This document shows positions 36,680 through 46,147 of a stretch of DNA of 64,000 bases, in pieces. The first letter of the stretch is position 1. Each line of letters starts with the position of its first letter. The stretch is from Magnetococcales bacterium. Lineage in GTDB: Bacteria; Pseudomonadota; Magnetococcia; Magnetococcales; JADGAQ01. The notes beneath the pieces were generated by a model, which was not told the DNA's origin, ran no database searches, and saw only the letters and a program-made list of their open reading frames with translations. Where the stretch lies: positions 4,791 to 68,790 of the forward strand of contig JADGAQ010000002.1 of assembly GCA_015231925.1 (NCBI GenBank), written 5' to 3'. The position numbers and the translations under genes were made by a program.

Positions 36680-37258
36680 ATGGAAAAACCGCACTGGACT
36701 TGGCGCTACGCACGCATTCAATGGTGGAAACGCATCATGCGCCCCATGGTTCGTTCCCCCCACCCCCCGGAATATCAAGCCCGGGCCTCCTTCTGGGGCC
36801 TGGTGGTCAACTTCACCCCCTCCATCGGCTTCCAACTGCCCATGGTGGCCGCCATCTGGGCCATCTCCCGCACCTTGCGCAAAGAGTGGGATTTCAACTT
36901 CCCCCTGGCCTTCGCCTGGACCTGGATCACCAACCCCGCCACCGCCGCCCCCCTCTACTACCTGTTTCTGGTCACCGGACGCTTCATGCTGGGCGAGTGG
37001 GACAACCCCAACATGGACTTCGAGGCCTTTCGCAATCTCTTCGGGGAAGTCTTTCGGGAAGGTGGCGCGGAAACAAGCTGGTGGCAGGTGATGCTGGACC
37101 AGATGACCCAGCTTTGGCATCACTTCGGCTTTCCCATGGTGGTGGGTTCCCTGCCCTGGGCCCTGTTCAGCGGCTGGGTCGGCTATGTCTGGACGTTGCG
37201 CTTTCTCAAAGCCTACCACGCCCGCCGGGCAAGGATGTCGAATCAGGCTTCCCTGTAA
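36680..37258 (+). CDS. DUF2062-family membrane protein
   Basis: 192 aa. FWGLVVNFTPSIGFQLPMVAAIWAISR...AFAWTWITNPATAAPLYYL matches the DUF2062 pattern. Overlapping ORFs in other frames are discounted. Confidence 0.65.
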   Translation: MEKPHWTWRYARIQWWKRIMRPMVRSPHPPEYQARASFWGLVVNFTPSIGFQLPMVAAIWAISRTLRKEWDFNFPLAFAWTWITNPATAAPLYYLFLVTGRFMLGEWDNPNMDFEAFRNLFGEVFREGGAETSWWQVMLDQMTQLWHHFGFPMVVGSLPWALFSGWVGYVWTLRFLKAYHARRARMSNQASL

Positions 37259-37265
37259 TTTATCT

Positions 37266-37486
37266 TTCGACTTTCAATATGTTATCCTCTAAGTATCAAA
37301 AAAAGGAAATGTTCTATCCTTTGACTTTGCGCCGCATGATGGTGTCAACGGCGTATGGAAAAGTCCCAGGGTGCTGCCCTGGACCCGTCTGAGGGGAGTA
37401 ATCCACTACGTATATCTGAACAGATATAAATCATAAAGTCAAAGGACAGAACATTGCCTTTTTTTGATACTTGAAGGATAACATAT
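37266..37486. mobile_element. TIR60-bounded composite (short family-D cargo)
   Basis: Forward unit 37266-37328, cargo ..GTCAACGGCGTATGGAAAAGTCCCAGGGTGCTGCCCTGGACCC.., reverse unit 37426-37486. Confidence 0.8.
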
Positions 37487-37536
37487 TGAAAGTCAAAGAA
37501 TTACGGTAACACTGCCATCGGGGTCGGGCCTGAACA

Positions 37537-39234
37537 TCAGGAGGCGTTGTCCAACCGCTCTTCCATGCCCTCTTCATACATCTGGAAGTCGTTGCGACCC
37601 CGCTTTTTGACGGCATACATGGCCATATCGGCCTTCTTGACCAGTTCCTCCGGCGTATGGCCGCTCTTGGGAAAAAGCGCCGCCCCCACGGAAGATCCGA
37701 TGCGGCAGGTATTGCCTTTCAGCTCGAAGGGTTCGTTGAGGGCATCGATGATCTTGCGGGCCACCAGGGCCACCGCGTCCCCGTCCGTCACCACCGAGAG
37801 CAGCAGAACGAACTCGTCCCCACCCAACCGCGCCAGGGTGTCGGCATCGCGCAGGCAACTGCGAATGCGCCGGGAGACCTCCCGCAACAGCATATCGCCG
37901 ATATCGTGGCCCAGAGAGTCGTTGACCTGTTTGAAGCGGTCCAGATCCATGAACAACACCGCAAGCGTTTTCTGCTCCCGTTGGGCGCGGGCCAGGGTGC
38001 GTTCCAGCAACTCCAGGAAGAGTACCCGATTGGGCAAACCCGTCAGGGGATCGTGATGGGCCATGAAACGCAGCTTCTCCTCCGCCTCCCGCAGGCGCTG
38101 TTCCATCTGACGCCGCTCGATGATGCCCGCCAGGGTGATGGCAATGGTGGAGAGAAAGGCCACCTCCTCCGAGGTTTGCTGATGATTGTGGGGCACATAC
38201 AGGTTGAGTACCCCCAGCAGTCGCTGGTTGGAAAGCAGGGGAATGCAGTAGTGGCCGTGTTCGCTGATGCCCTGAAAGGTGACATCGTGGCGATGGTCCA
38301 GGGCGTTGGCGAAGACCAGTTCCCGGGTTTCCGCCGCCCGACCGCACAAACAGTATCCCGGCGGAATGCGGGCGCAGGCCGTGAGCAGATGGCGGTGCAG
38401 ACCCCGCTGACTGGCGATGACCAGATCCCCGGTCTGGGGGTCCACCAGAAAGATGGATCCCTTGTATTCCACCGCCAGCCAGGAGACGGAAAGCACGATG
38501 TCCAGCGCCACTTCCAACTGCCGGCTGAGGGTCAATGGCTCCAGACCCGTCTCCAGCAACGCGGTGATGGCCAGCCGGGAAGCCTGACTGCGCAGCTCCC
38601 GACGCTCCTCCTCCCGTCGGCGGGAGATGTCGCGAAAAACCACCACCGCTCCGGTCGGCACGCCATTTTCCATGATCGGCGAGCTGGTATAATCCACCGG
38701 AAAGCTGCTGCCATCTTTCCGCCAAAAACAATCCCGATCCGTTTGACGCGGTTTTCCGGTGTGAATGGAGGCATAAATCTGACACTCCTCCTTGGGATAG
38801 GGAGAACCGTCCCGATGGGAATGGTGCAGAATTTCATGCTGATGGTGCCCGATCAGATCGTCCCGGGTCCAACCCGTCATGCGGATGGCGGCTTGATTGA
38901 CGAAGGTGGTGTTGCCGTACTGATCGACTCCGTAAATGCCTTCCGCCGCCGCGTTCAAAATCAGTTCGGTGCGATGGTGCAGGGTCTCCAGGGTGGAGCT
39001 TTGTTCGTCCAGACGCATGGCAAGGCGGCGGAAGTGGCCCGACAGGTAGATCAGATAGCCCAATCCCACCAGAATGGAGAGCAGAAAGAGGTTACCCCAA
39101 TGGCGATCCATCTTCTGACGCAGCCATTGGTCCGACAAATGGGCGAACGGATCGATCTCCAGATGCACCAATACGGCATCACCCAGGGTAACCAGGAGCA
39201 GTCCCAGGCCGACATGCAACAGAAAGCGTTTCAT
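37537..39234 (-). CDS. Membrane-anchored PAS-GAF-GGDEF diguanylate cyclase
   Basis: TM start MKRFLLHVGLGLLLV (ATG 39234; the track ORF runs on to 39690 and overlaps the upstream gene). PAS, GAF and the RLGGDEFVLLL active site. Confidence 0.85.
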   Translation of the reverse strand: MKRFLLHVGLGLLLVTLGDAVLVHLEIDPFAHLSDQWLRQKMDRHWGNLFLLSILVGLGYLIYLSGHFRRLAMRLDEQSSTLETLHHRTELILNAAAEGIYGVDQYGNTTFVNQAAIRMTGWTRDDLIGHHQHEILHHSHRDGSPYPKEECQIYASIHTGKPRQTDRDCFWRKDGSSFPVDYTSSPIMENGVPTGAVVVFRDISRRREEERRELRSQASRLAITALLETGLEPLTLSRQLEVALDIVLSVSWLAVEYKGSIFLVDPQTGDLVIASQRGLHRHLLTACARIPPGYCLCGRAAETRELVFANALDHRHDVTFQGISEHGHYCIPLLSNQRLLGVLNLYVPHNHQQTSEEVAFLSTIAITLAGIIERRQMEQRLREAEEKLRFMAHHDPLTGLPNRVLFLELLERTLARAQREQKTLAVLFMDLDRFKQVNDSLGHDIGDMLLREVSRRIRSCLRDADTLARLGGDEFVLLLSVVTDGDAVALVARKIIDALNEPFELKGNTCRIGSSVGAALFPKSGHTPEELVKKADMAMYAVKKRGRNDFQMYEEGMEERLDNAS

Positions 39235-39397
39235 TGTATAGGTATGTACCGTCAAACCGACTTGGGCCATGGCCCTTGTGTCCCGATCCCCCCCCCGGGT
39301 TCCAGGATCTCTTTCCCGGGGTAAATAAGAAGCCTTCCCCCGTTGCGGCGAATTGTAGCAATTCTTCTGCCGGTCGAACAGGTATGGTGAAAGAAGG

Positions 39398-40480
39398 TCA
39401 GCGTGAGGGATCCGTCTCCGGGTCGGCGAAGTCCAGCGCCGTCTGCCGGAAGTCCTCCACCCGGGCATTGAAAGCGTCCACCACATCCGGGTCAAAATGG
39501 GTATTGCGGTTTTCTCGAATGATTCTTTCGGCCTCCGGATGGGAAAAAGCCGATTTATAGACCCGGCAACTGATGAGGGCGTCGAAGACATCGGCCAGAG
39601 CCATGAGGCGTCCGGAGATCGGAATGGCGTCTCCTGCCAGGCCTCGGGGATAGCCGGCGCCGTCCCATTTTTCGTGATGGGTGAAGGCAATTTCGCTGGC
39701 GAGATGGAGAAAGGAGGTGGATCCCAGGCTGCGTTGAGCGGCTTCCAGGGTTTTGTAGCCCAGAAGGGTATGATCCTTCATGCGCTCGAACTCTTCCGCC
39801 GTCAGTTTGCCGGGTTTGAGCAGAATCTGGTCGGGGATGCCCACTTTGCCCATGTCGTGGAGGGGTGCGGATTTGAACAGCATGTCCACCATGGTGTCCG
39901 TCAGGGTGTCCCGGAAGCGGGGGTGTCGTTGCAGGACCGAAGCGAGGATACGAACATAATGCTGGGTACGACGGATGTGTCCTCCGGTTTCGGGATCACG
40001 GGTTTCCGCCAGGGAGGCCAGGGCGTGGATGGTGGCTTCCTGGGTGATGGCGATTTCCCGGGTGCGTTGCTCGACCAGTTCTTCCAGATGGTCCTTGTGC
40101 CGTTTGAGTTCCACCTGGCTGCGGACACGAGCCTTGACCAGGCGGGGCACAATCGGTTTGGTGATAAAATCGACGGCTCCGACGGTCAATCCTCTGACTT
40201 CCGCCTCGGTTTCCGCCAACGCCGTGACAAACAGCACCGGAATACTCCAGGTTATCGGATCCGACTTAAGGCGGAGACAAACCTCGAAACCATCCATGCC
40301 GGGCATCATGACATCCAGCAGAATGACATCCGGAGGATTGGATTCCCGGGCCAGTTGCAGGGCGGTTTCTCCATCCCGGGCCACCACGATGGTATAATCG
40401 TGGCGCAGGGTCTCCGCGAGGATGCGAAGGTTGCCCGGATTGTCATCCACCAGTAGAATCTTGGGGCGGCTCGAATCCAT
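39398..40480 (-). CDS. Response regulator with HD-GYP c-di-GMP phosphodiesterase domain
   Basis: REC (KILLVDDNPGNLR...DVILLDVMMPGMDG) and HD-GYP (LHDMGKVGIPD, HHEKWDGAGYPRGL). Start is ATG 40480 or 40498. Confidence 0.88.
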   Translation of the reverse strand: MDSSRPKILLVDDNPGNLRILAETLRHDYTIVVARDGETALQLARESNPPDVILLDVMMPGMDGFEVCLRLKSDPITWSIPVLFVTALAETEAEVRGLTVGAVDFITKPIVPRLVKARVRSQVELKRHKDHLEELVEQRTREIAITQEATIHALASLAETRDPETGGHIRRTQHYVRILASVLQRHPRFRDTLTDTMVDMLFKSAPLHDMGKVGIPDQILLKPGKLTAEEFERMKDHTLLGYKTLEAAQRSLGSTSFLHLASEIAFTHHEKWDGAGYPRGLAGDAIPISGRLMALADVFDALISCRVYKSAFSHPEAERIIRENRNTHFDPDVVDAFNARVEDFRQTALDFADPETDPSR

Positions 40481-40554
40481 GTGCTTTCGAAAGGGCATGG
40501 GGAATAGTAGCGACCTGGTGATAAAGATAGCACGAAACAGGACAAGTGAAACAC

Positions 40555-42213
40555 ATGTCTGAAAAAAGTCTCCCACCGGCCCTGATGGAAAAACTCAACC
40601 TGGCCTGTCGCAACTGGGCGGGCGAGTTACCGGCGCGATTGCGCAAGATTCAGGAGATCTGGACCGGGCTGCAACCGGACTCCTGGCAAAAGGAGCGCTT
40701 CGACACGCTGCATCGCATGGTGCATTCCCTGGCCGGATCGGGGGCCACCTTCGGTTTCCCCAGGGTAGGCGAAAAGGCCCGGGTGATGGAGAATCTCATC
40801 GCCACCTGGTGTTTGCGCGGTGAGGTTCCGGATCAGACGGGACGGAACGCCGTTTCCCAGGCGTTACAGCATCTGGTGGAGCAGATCGCCCTGGATTTGC
40901 GGACGGGCCCCGCACCGATCATGGTCGAGGAGGCTGAGGAGAGTCAGAAAACACCACCTCGTGAGGCAGCGCTGATATTACTGGCAGAGCCCGACGCGCT
41001 TTGGAGCAAAACACTCGGGCAGCAGTTGGCCTGTTACGGCTATCGGGTGGAAACATGCACCACGCTCGATATTCTGCTGCGCCGTCTGGAAGTGGTTTCG
41101 CCGGGAGTGGTGATTCTCAACGTGGCCATGCCGGATGGCGATGGTGCGCTTTACTGGCGGCGTTTTCGGGAAGAACGGGAAAATCTACCCCCAGTCATTT
41201 TCATCACCCGGCAGGGCGATCTGGAGACCCGGTTGAACGTGGTTCGGGCCGGGGGGGTGACGCTTTTCGAAAAACCGGTGGACATCACCCGTTTGGTGGA
41301 CACGTTGGATGAGCTGGTGCATCCGCTGCACGAGGAGCCCTATCGCATTCTGGTGGTGGACGATTCCAGGGCCTTGGCCCAGCATTTGGCCAATATTCTG
41401 GAAGAGGGGGGCATGCAGACCAAGGTGGTCAACAATCCTTTGGATGTGTTGGAACATCTGCACGAATTCCGGCCGGATCTGGCTTTGATGGATCTCTACA
41501 TGCCGCAGTGTACCGGATTGGAACTGGCGCGGGTCATTCGGCAGCAGCCTGTTTTTGTTGGCATGCCGATCGTTTTTCTGTCGGGTGAAAAGAACCTGGA
41601 TAAGCAACTCAGCGCCATGGCCACGGGAGGGGATGATTTTCTGACCAAGCCGATTCAGCCGGATCATCTGGTTCGGTCGGTATTGACGCGGGTCAGGCGG
41701 TCGCGGATTTTGCAGGGGTTCATGATCAAGGACAGTTTGACGGGTCTTTATAATCACACGCGCACCAAGGAGCAGTTGGCTTTGGCGGTCGGGCGGGCGC
41801 AACGGTTGGGCAAGCCGTTGGCGATGGCCATGGTCGATATCGACAAGTTCAAGTCGGTTAACGACACCTATGGGCATCCCACGGGGGATCGGGTGATTCG
41901 GAGTCTTTCCCGATTGTTGCGGCAGCGGGTGCGTTCCACGGATATCGTAGGGCGGTATGGCGGGGAGGAGTTTGCGGTTATTTTTCCGGAGACGGATGGT
42001 GAAACGGCCTTGGGGGTGATGGATACGTTGCGGGAGGCGTTTTCGACGATTCAGCATCAGTTCGAGGAGACGGTTTTCACGCGGACGTTTTCCTGTGGGG
42101 TGGCGGCGTTTCCGGGGCAGCAGACGGCGACGGCGTTGAATGATGCGGCGGATCGGGCGTTGTACGAGGCGAAGAACGGGGGGAGGAATCGGGTGGTGTT
42201 GGCGGGGAAGTGA
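40555..42213 (+). CDS. Hpt-REC-REC-GGDEF response regulator/diguanylate cyclase
   Basis: N-terminal Hpt-like domain (LHRMVHSLAGSGATFGF), two receiver domains (the second has DLALMDLYMPQCTG) and the RYGGEEFAVIF active site. Confidence 0.85.
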   Translation: MSEKSLPPALMEKLNLACRNWAGELPARLRKIQEIWTGLQPDSWQKERFDTLHRMVHSLAGSGATFGFPRVGEKARVMENLIATWCLRGEVPDQTGRNAVSQALQHLVEQIALDLRTGPAPIMVEEAEESQKTPPREAALILLAEPDALWSKTLGQQLACYGYRVETCTTLDILLRRLEVVSPGVVILNVAMPDGDGALYWRRFREERENLPPVIFITRQGDLETRLNVVRAGGVTLFEKPVDITRLVDTLDELVHPLHEEPYRILVVDDSRALAQHLANILEEGGMQTKVVNNPLDVLEHLHEFRPDLALMDLYMPQCTGLELARVIRQQPVFVGMPIVFLSGEKNLDKQLSAMATGGDDFLTKPIQPDHLVRSVLTRVRRSRILQGFMIKDSLTGLYNHTRTKEQLALAVGRAQRLGKPLAMAMVDIDKFKSVNDTYGHPTGDRVIRSLSRLLRQRVRSTDIVGRYGGEEFAVIFPETDGETALGVMDTLREAFSTIQHQFEETVFTRTFSCGVAAFPGQQTATALNDAADRALYEAKNGGRNRVVLAGK

Positions 42214-42250
42214 GACACCAATCCGTTGACTTTATAATATTTCCTTTGGC

Positions 42251-42379
42251 GTAACCATTCAGACCCCTGAACAGTGCGGCATGATTGTGTCAACGGCGAA
42301 AGGAAAAGTCCCAGGGCGCTGCCCTGGACCCGTCGGGGGGGATAATCCCCCCCGAACCCCCGTATATCTGAATTGTTAC
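42251..42379. repeat. Family-D MITE-like element (near-consensus copy)
   Basis: GTAACCATTCAGACCCCTGAACAGTGCGG...GTCCCAGGGCGCTGCCCTGGACCCGTCGGGGGGGATAATCCCCCCCGAACCCCCGTATATCTGAATTGTTAC. Confidence 0.8.
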
Positions 42380-42429
42380 CCTTTGACTTTCAATAAATCC
42401 TTTTAATTAATAAAAAGGGTTGGGGGAGT

Positions 42430-42464
42430 CTGAGGGGGAGCTCTGCTGCCCCCTCAGGGTTTTT
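42430..42464 (+). terminator. Intrinsic terminator after the Hpt-REC-REC-GGDEF gene
   Basis: CTGAGGGGG-agctctgctg-CCCCCTCAG followed by GGTTTTT. Confidence 0.7.
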
Positions 42465-42487
42465 CCTTGCCTTTCCCTTTAAAAATA

Positions 42488-42613
42488 TTACCGCTGTTCA
42501 GGATCCTGCACAGCGCATATTCGTTTCAACGGCAAAAGGAAGAGTCCCAGGGTGCTGCCCTGGATCCGTCGGGGGGGATAATCCCCTCCGAACCCCCATC
42601 TACCTGAACAGAT
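42488..42613. repeat. Family-D MITE-like element overlapping the 3' end of the methyltransferase ORF
   Basis: TTACCGCTGTTCAGGATCCTGCACAGCG...GGGGGGGATAATCCCCTCCGAACCCCCATCTACCTGAACAGATGG. Confidence 0.8.
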
Positions 42614-43374
42614 GGCAACTTTCGAGTATTCAGCCCCGCCTTCACCATCAAGGGCCAGCTCACCCTGCGTTCCCCCTCCCCCCACATCGTGGCCAACCGC
42701 TGCTCCAGCGCCACCACCGGATCCTGTCCCGTGGCCTTGAGACAGGCCCCGGTCGCCGACCAACTGCGCAAATAGCCCATCAATTCCGCCAAACACCACG
42801 ACTGCGCCATGCAGAACTCGGGAACCTCCCCGATCGGATCAAAGGGAAACGGCAGCTCCCGATACCCCGTCTCCACATGATGTCTCTCCGGCGGCCAATA
42901 AGGCCCCACCACCCGGTGATAAAAGCGCTCCACCTCGCGCCCCACCTCTTCACCCGCCACCCGGAGAATGCCGTAACACCAGACGGCAATCACCCCACCC
43001 GGCTTCAACACCCGTTTAACCTCGGCGTAAAACCGCTCCGGATCGAACCAGTGCAGCGCCTGGGCCACAATCACCAGATCACAGCTCGCCGTTTCCAGAC
43101 CGCTCTCTTCCGCAGGAGCCACCCGATAGACGATGCCCGGATGCCGCATGGCCTTTCCGATCTGGCCGGCACTGGCATCCGTGGCCAATACCCGCTCGAA
43201 ATGGGCCGTCAAAGCCAGGGAAGCCTGTCCGGAACCCGCGCCGCAATCCCAGGCCTGGCGATGCTCCCGGCACAGGGAAGCCAGCCAGGTGAACAACTCC
43301 GCCGGATAAGTGGGCCGATGCCGGGCATAATGGGCGGAAACCGGATCGAAGTGGTCCGAAAAGGCCACCTTCAC
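42526..43374 (-). CDS. Class I SAM-dependent methyltransferase
   Basis: AWDCGAGSGQASLALTAHFERVLATDAS...LKPGGVIAVW. There is a 4-nt start/stop overlap with the upstream GGDEF-EAL gene. The last ~29 codons lie inside a repeat element. Confidence 0.8.
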   Translation of the reverse strand: MKVAFSDHFDPVSAHYARHRPTYPAELFTWLASLCREHRQAWDCGAGSGQASLALTAHFERVLATDASAGQIGKAMRHPGIVYRVAPAEESGLETASCDLVIVAQALHWFDPERFYAEVKRVLKPGGVIAVWCYGILRVAGEEVGREVERFYHRVVGPYWPPERHHVETGYRELPFPFDPIGEVPEFCMAQSWCLAELMGYLRSWSATGACLKATGQDPVVALEQRLATMWGEGERRVSWPLMVKAGLNTRKLPSVQVDGGSEGIIPPDGSRAAPWDSSFCR

Positions 43375-45980
43375 CCCTCCCCCAAGGAACGGGGATCCCG
43401 CAACAACGCTTCCAGCTTCTCCGCCGGCTGGGGCCGACTGTAATAATAGCCCTGAATCTCGTCACAAAGCTGGGTCCGCAGATAATTCAGATGCTCCAGC
43501 GTCTCCACCCCCTCGGCAACCACTTTCAGACCCAGATTGTGAGCCATGGAAATAATGGCCGCCACAATCGAGGCATCATTGGAATCGATGCTCAAATCCC
43601 TCACAAACGACTGGTCAATCTTGAGCGCATTGATCGGAAACCGCTTCAACGTACTCAACGACGAATATCCCGTGCCGAAATCATCCATGGAAAGCGTTAA
43701 ACCCAAAGCCGTCAACTGCTCCAAAATGGCCATCGCCCGATCCAAATCCTCCATCATCAGACTTTCGGTGATCTCCAGATTCAGATACCTGGCCTCCAAC
43801 CCGGTCTTTTCCAATACCTGCTGTACCTGTTCCACCAAATCCTTCTGGCGAAACTGACGCACCGACAGATTCACCGCCATTACAAACGGTCCCAAGCCGG
43901 CATCATTCCACACCTTGACCTGCCGACACGCCGTCTCGATGGTCCACAATCCCATCGGCACGATCAATCCCGTCTCTTCGGCAACCGGAATGAACTCTCC
44001 CGGAGAGACCATGGTGCCATCCGCCTGGCGCCAGCGAATCAACGCCTCCATGCCGGTAATACGATCCAACTCGACATCGACCTTCGGCTGGTAATAGAGA
44101 ACAAACTCCTCCCGCTCCAATCCCTTGCGCAGATCCGCCTCCAGCCGCATGCGACGGGCGGCCTTCTGATCCATGGCTTCGGTGTAAAACTGAAAGTTGT
44201 TGCGACCCGCATCCTTGGCCCGGTTGGTGGCCAGATCCACATTGCGGATCAGGGTATCCACGTCGTTGCCATCTCCGGGAAAAATGGTGATCCCCATGCT
44301 GACAGTCACATAGAGGTCATGGTCACCCAAATGAAAAGGTTCTTCTATAACTTGGAAAAGTTTTTGAATGACATTCATCGCATCCCGGGTCTGTTGCAAA
44401 CCCTCCAGGATGATAGCAAATTCATCACCACCCAAACGACAGGCCGTATCCCCTTCCCTCAAACTGTCCCGAGTACGACGGGCCACCTCCTGGATCAGAC
44501 GATCGCCACTGGCCAACCCCAAGCTGTCGTTGACATTTTTGAACAAATCCAGGTCGAACATGACCACCGCCACCTGACCCCGGCTGCGATGAGCCTGATG
44601 AATGGCATGCTGCAAACGCTCCCTGAAGAGATGGCGATTGGGCAATCCGGTGAGCGGGTCGTAATTGAGTCGATAGCGCAACTCCTCCTCGGTGCGTTTG
44701 GCCTCGGAGAGATCATGGAAAATGGCCACCACCCGGAAAAGTTCCCCGGAGGGGTTGTTCACTGCCGTCATGGCATATTGTTCGGGATAGATCTCCCCAT
44801 TGCGCCGGCGATTCCACAACTCTCCACGCCACTCTCCGCTCTGCAGCATTCCCCTCCAGCCCAGGCGAAAAGCATCGACATGATCCGAACTGATCCGCAA
44901 CGCCTCCGCCTTGCATCCTATAACTTCGGAGCTTTCCATCCCCGTCATAGAGGTAAAAGCAGCATTCACCGAGAGAATCTCTCCCTCGGCATTCATCACC
45001 ATCACCCCTTCCAGCGTACTTTCAAGAATTTTTTCAATGACCCGCCACTGGTTGTCCATCAGGGTCATGGCATCCTCGAAGGTGCGGGTGGCAATGCGCA
45101 ACTGTTCCCGCGCCACCCACTCCTCGGTGATGTCATGCACCACACCCACCAGGTGTTTGGCCCCCTCCTCCGTGCAAACCACCTCCCCCCACTGACGGAC
45201 GACCCGTTCCTGGCCGTCCGGACGGACAACCCGATGGTTGAGGGAAAACGGTTCACACCGATGTCGCGCCCGCACCAAGGCCCGCAGCACCCGAAAACGA
45301 TCCCCGGTATGCACCGCCTGTAAAAAATGGCGGGTGGTGACCACCTGCCCGGCCGAACGATCCAGGCCGAAAATGCGGAACATCTCGTCGGACCAGAACA
45401 TGGTCCCGTTCTGCAGATCCATCTCCCAGTTGGCGAACCGCGCCAGGGACTGGGCGCGCAACATGCTCTCCCGATGGGCCAGCAACTCCCGTTGCGATCT
45501 TCTCTGCTCCGTAACATCCTCACCCGCGTGGAGGAAACCCAGGCATCGGCCCGCTTCATCCTTCAACAGGGAGGTGTGCCAGATGATCAGACATTCCCGG
45601 CCATCGCGAGTCATCACCGTGTTTTCGTGTTGAACGATCTCTTCGGAACCGTCACGGTTCAATTGGTCGAAAAAGTGTCGCGCCGCCTGGCGCTGATCAA
45701 CGGGAACAACCGTCTCGAACCAGTCCCGCCCGGACAGCCTCTTCCGCTGCCAGCCCAGCAAACGACAAAACCGCTGGTTGAGAAAAGCAATGCGCCCACG
45801 ACAATCCAATACCACAAACAGCGTGGCGGCAATATCCAGACAGGCACGGGTTTTTTCACCGAGCAATCCGGCTGTCTTTTGCACTTTTTTTAGACGATTG
45901 CTCATGGATTCATCACTGACCGTCAAATGCGGGTTCGAGGATAACCTCGCATCATCTTCCTTCCGCTGGGACAATGGCAA
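43371..45980 (-). CDS. Multi-PAS GGDEF-EAL c-di-GMP turnover protein
   Basis: Three PAS-like segments, RLGGDEFAIIL and the EAL domain (EALIRWRQADG...DDFGTGYSSLSTLKRF). An alternative start is at 45905. Confidence 0.88.
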   Translation of the reverse strand: MPLSQRKEDDARLSSNPHLTVSDESMSNRLKKVQKTAGLLGEKTRACLDIAATLFVVLDCRGRIAFLNQRFCRLLGWQRKRLSGRDWFETVVPVDQRQAARHFFDQLNRDGSEEIVQHENTVMTRDGRECLIIWHTSLLKDEAGRCLGFLHAGEDVTEQRRSQRELLAHRESMLRAQSLARFANWEMDLQNGTMFWSDEMFRIFGLDRSAGQVVTTRHFLQAVHTGDRFRVLRALVRARHRCEPFSLNHRVVRPDGQERVVRQWGEVVCTEEGAKHLVGVVHDITEEWVAREQLRIATRTFEDAMTLMDNQWRVIEKILESTLEGVMVMNAEGEILSVNAAFTSMTGMESSEVIGCKAEALRISSDHVDAFRLGWRGMLQSGEWRGELWNRRRNGEIYPEQYAMTAVNNPSGELFRVVAIFHDLSEAKRTEEELRYRLNYDPLTGLPNRHLFRERLQHAIHQAHRSRGQVAVVMFDLDLFKNVNDSLGLASGDRLIQEVARRTRDSLREGDTACRLGGDEFAIILEGLQQTRDAMNVIQKLFQVIEEPFHLGDHDLYVTVSMGITIFPGDGNDVDTLIRNVDLATNRAKDAGRNNFQFYTEAMDQKAARRMRLEADLRKGLEREEFVLYYQPKVDVELDRITGMEALIRWRQADGTMVSPGEFIPVAEETGLIVPMGLWTIETACRQVKVWNDAGLGPFVMAVNLSVRQFRQKDLVEQVQQVLEKTGLEARYLNLEITESLMMEDLDRAMAILEQLTALGLTLSMDDFGTGYSSLSTLKRFPINALKIDQSFVRDLSIDSNDASIVAAIISMAHNLGLKVVAEGVETLEHLNYLRTQLCDEIQGYYYSRPQPAEKLEALLRDPRSLGEG

Positions 45981-46147
45981 TCAATTTTTACATTTTTTCT
46001 ATCGAATTTTTTTATAACCTATAAAGATTATCAAATATGGAAACCTGGCCTGTCTGCAAGTAGAATGGGATCCCTGATAATCATCCCGTGAACCTCACCG
46101 CCAGTCAAAGGCCGGGCGGACGTATGCCTTCAGCACGAGGGAGAAGC

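Noticed and set aside
39235-39690. The N-terminal 152-codon extension of ORF 37537..39690, which overlaps the 3' end of the HD-GYP gene.
   Set aside because: The extension is Arg/Pro/Trp-rich with no motif and overlaps a well-supported gene. The internal ATG at 39234 starts a typical TM helix (MKRFLLHVGLGLLLV), and the protein is complete from there.
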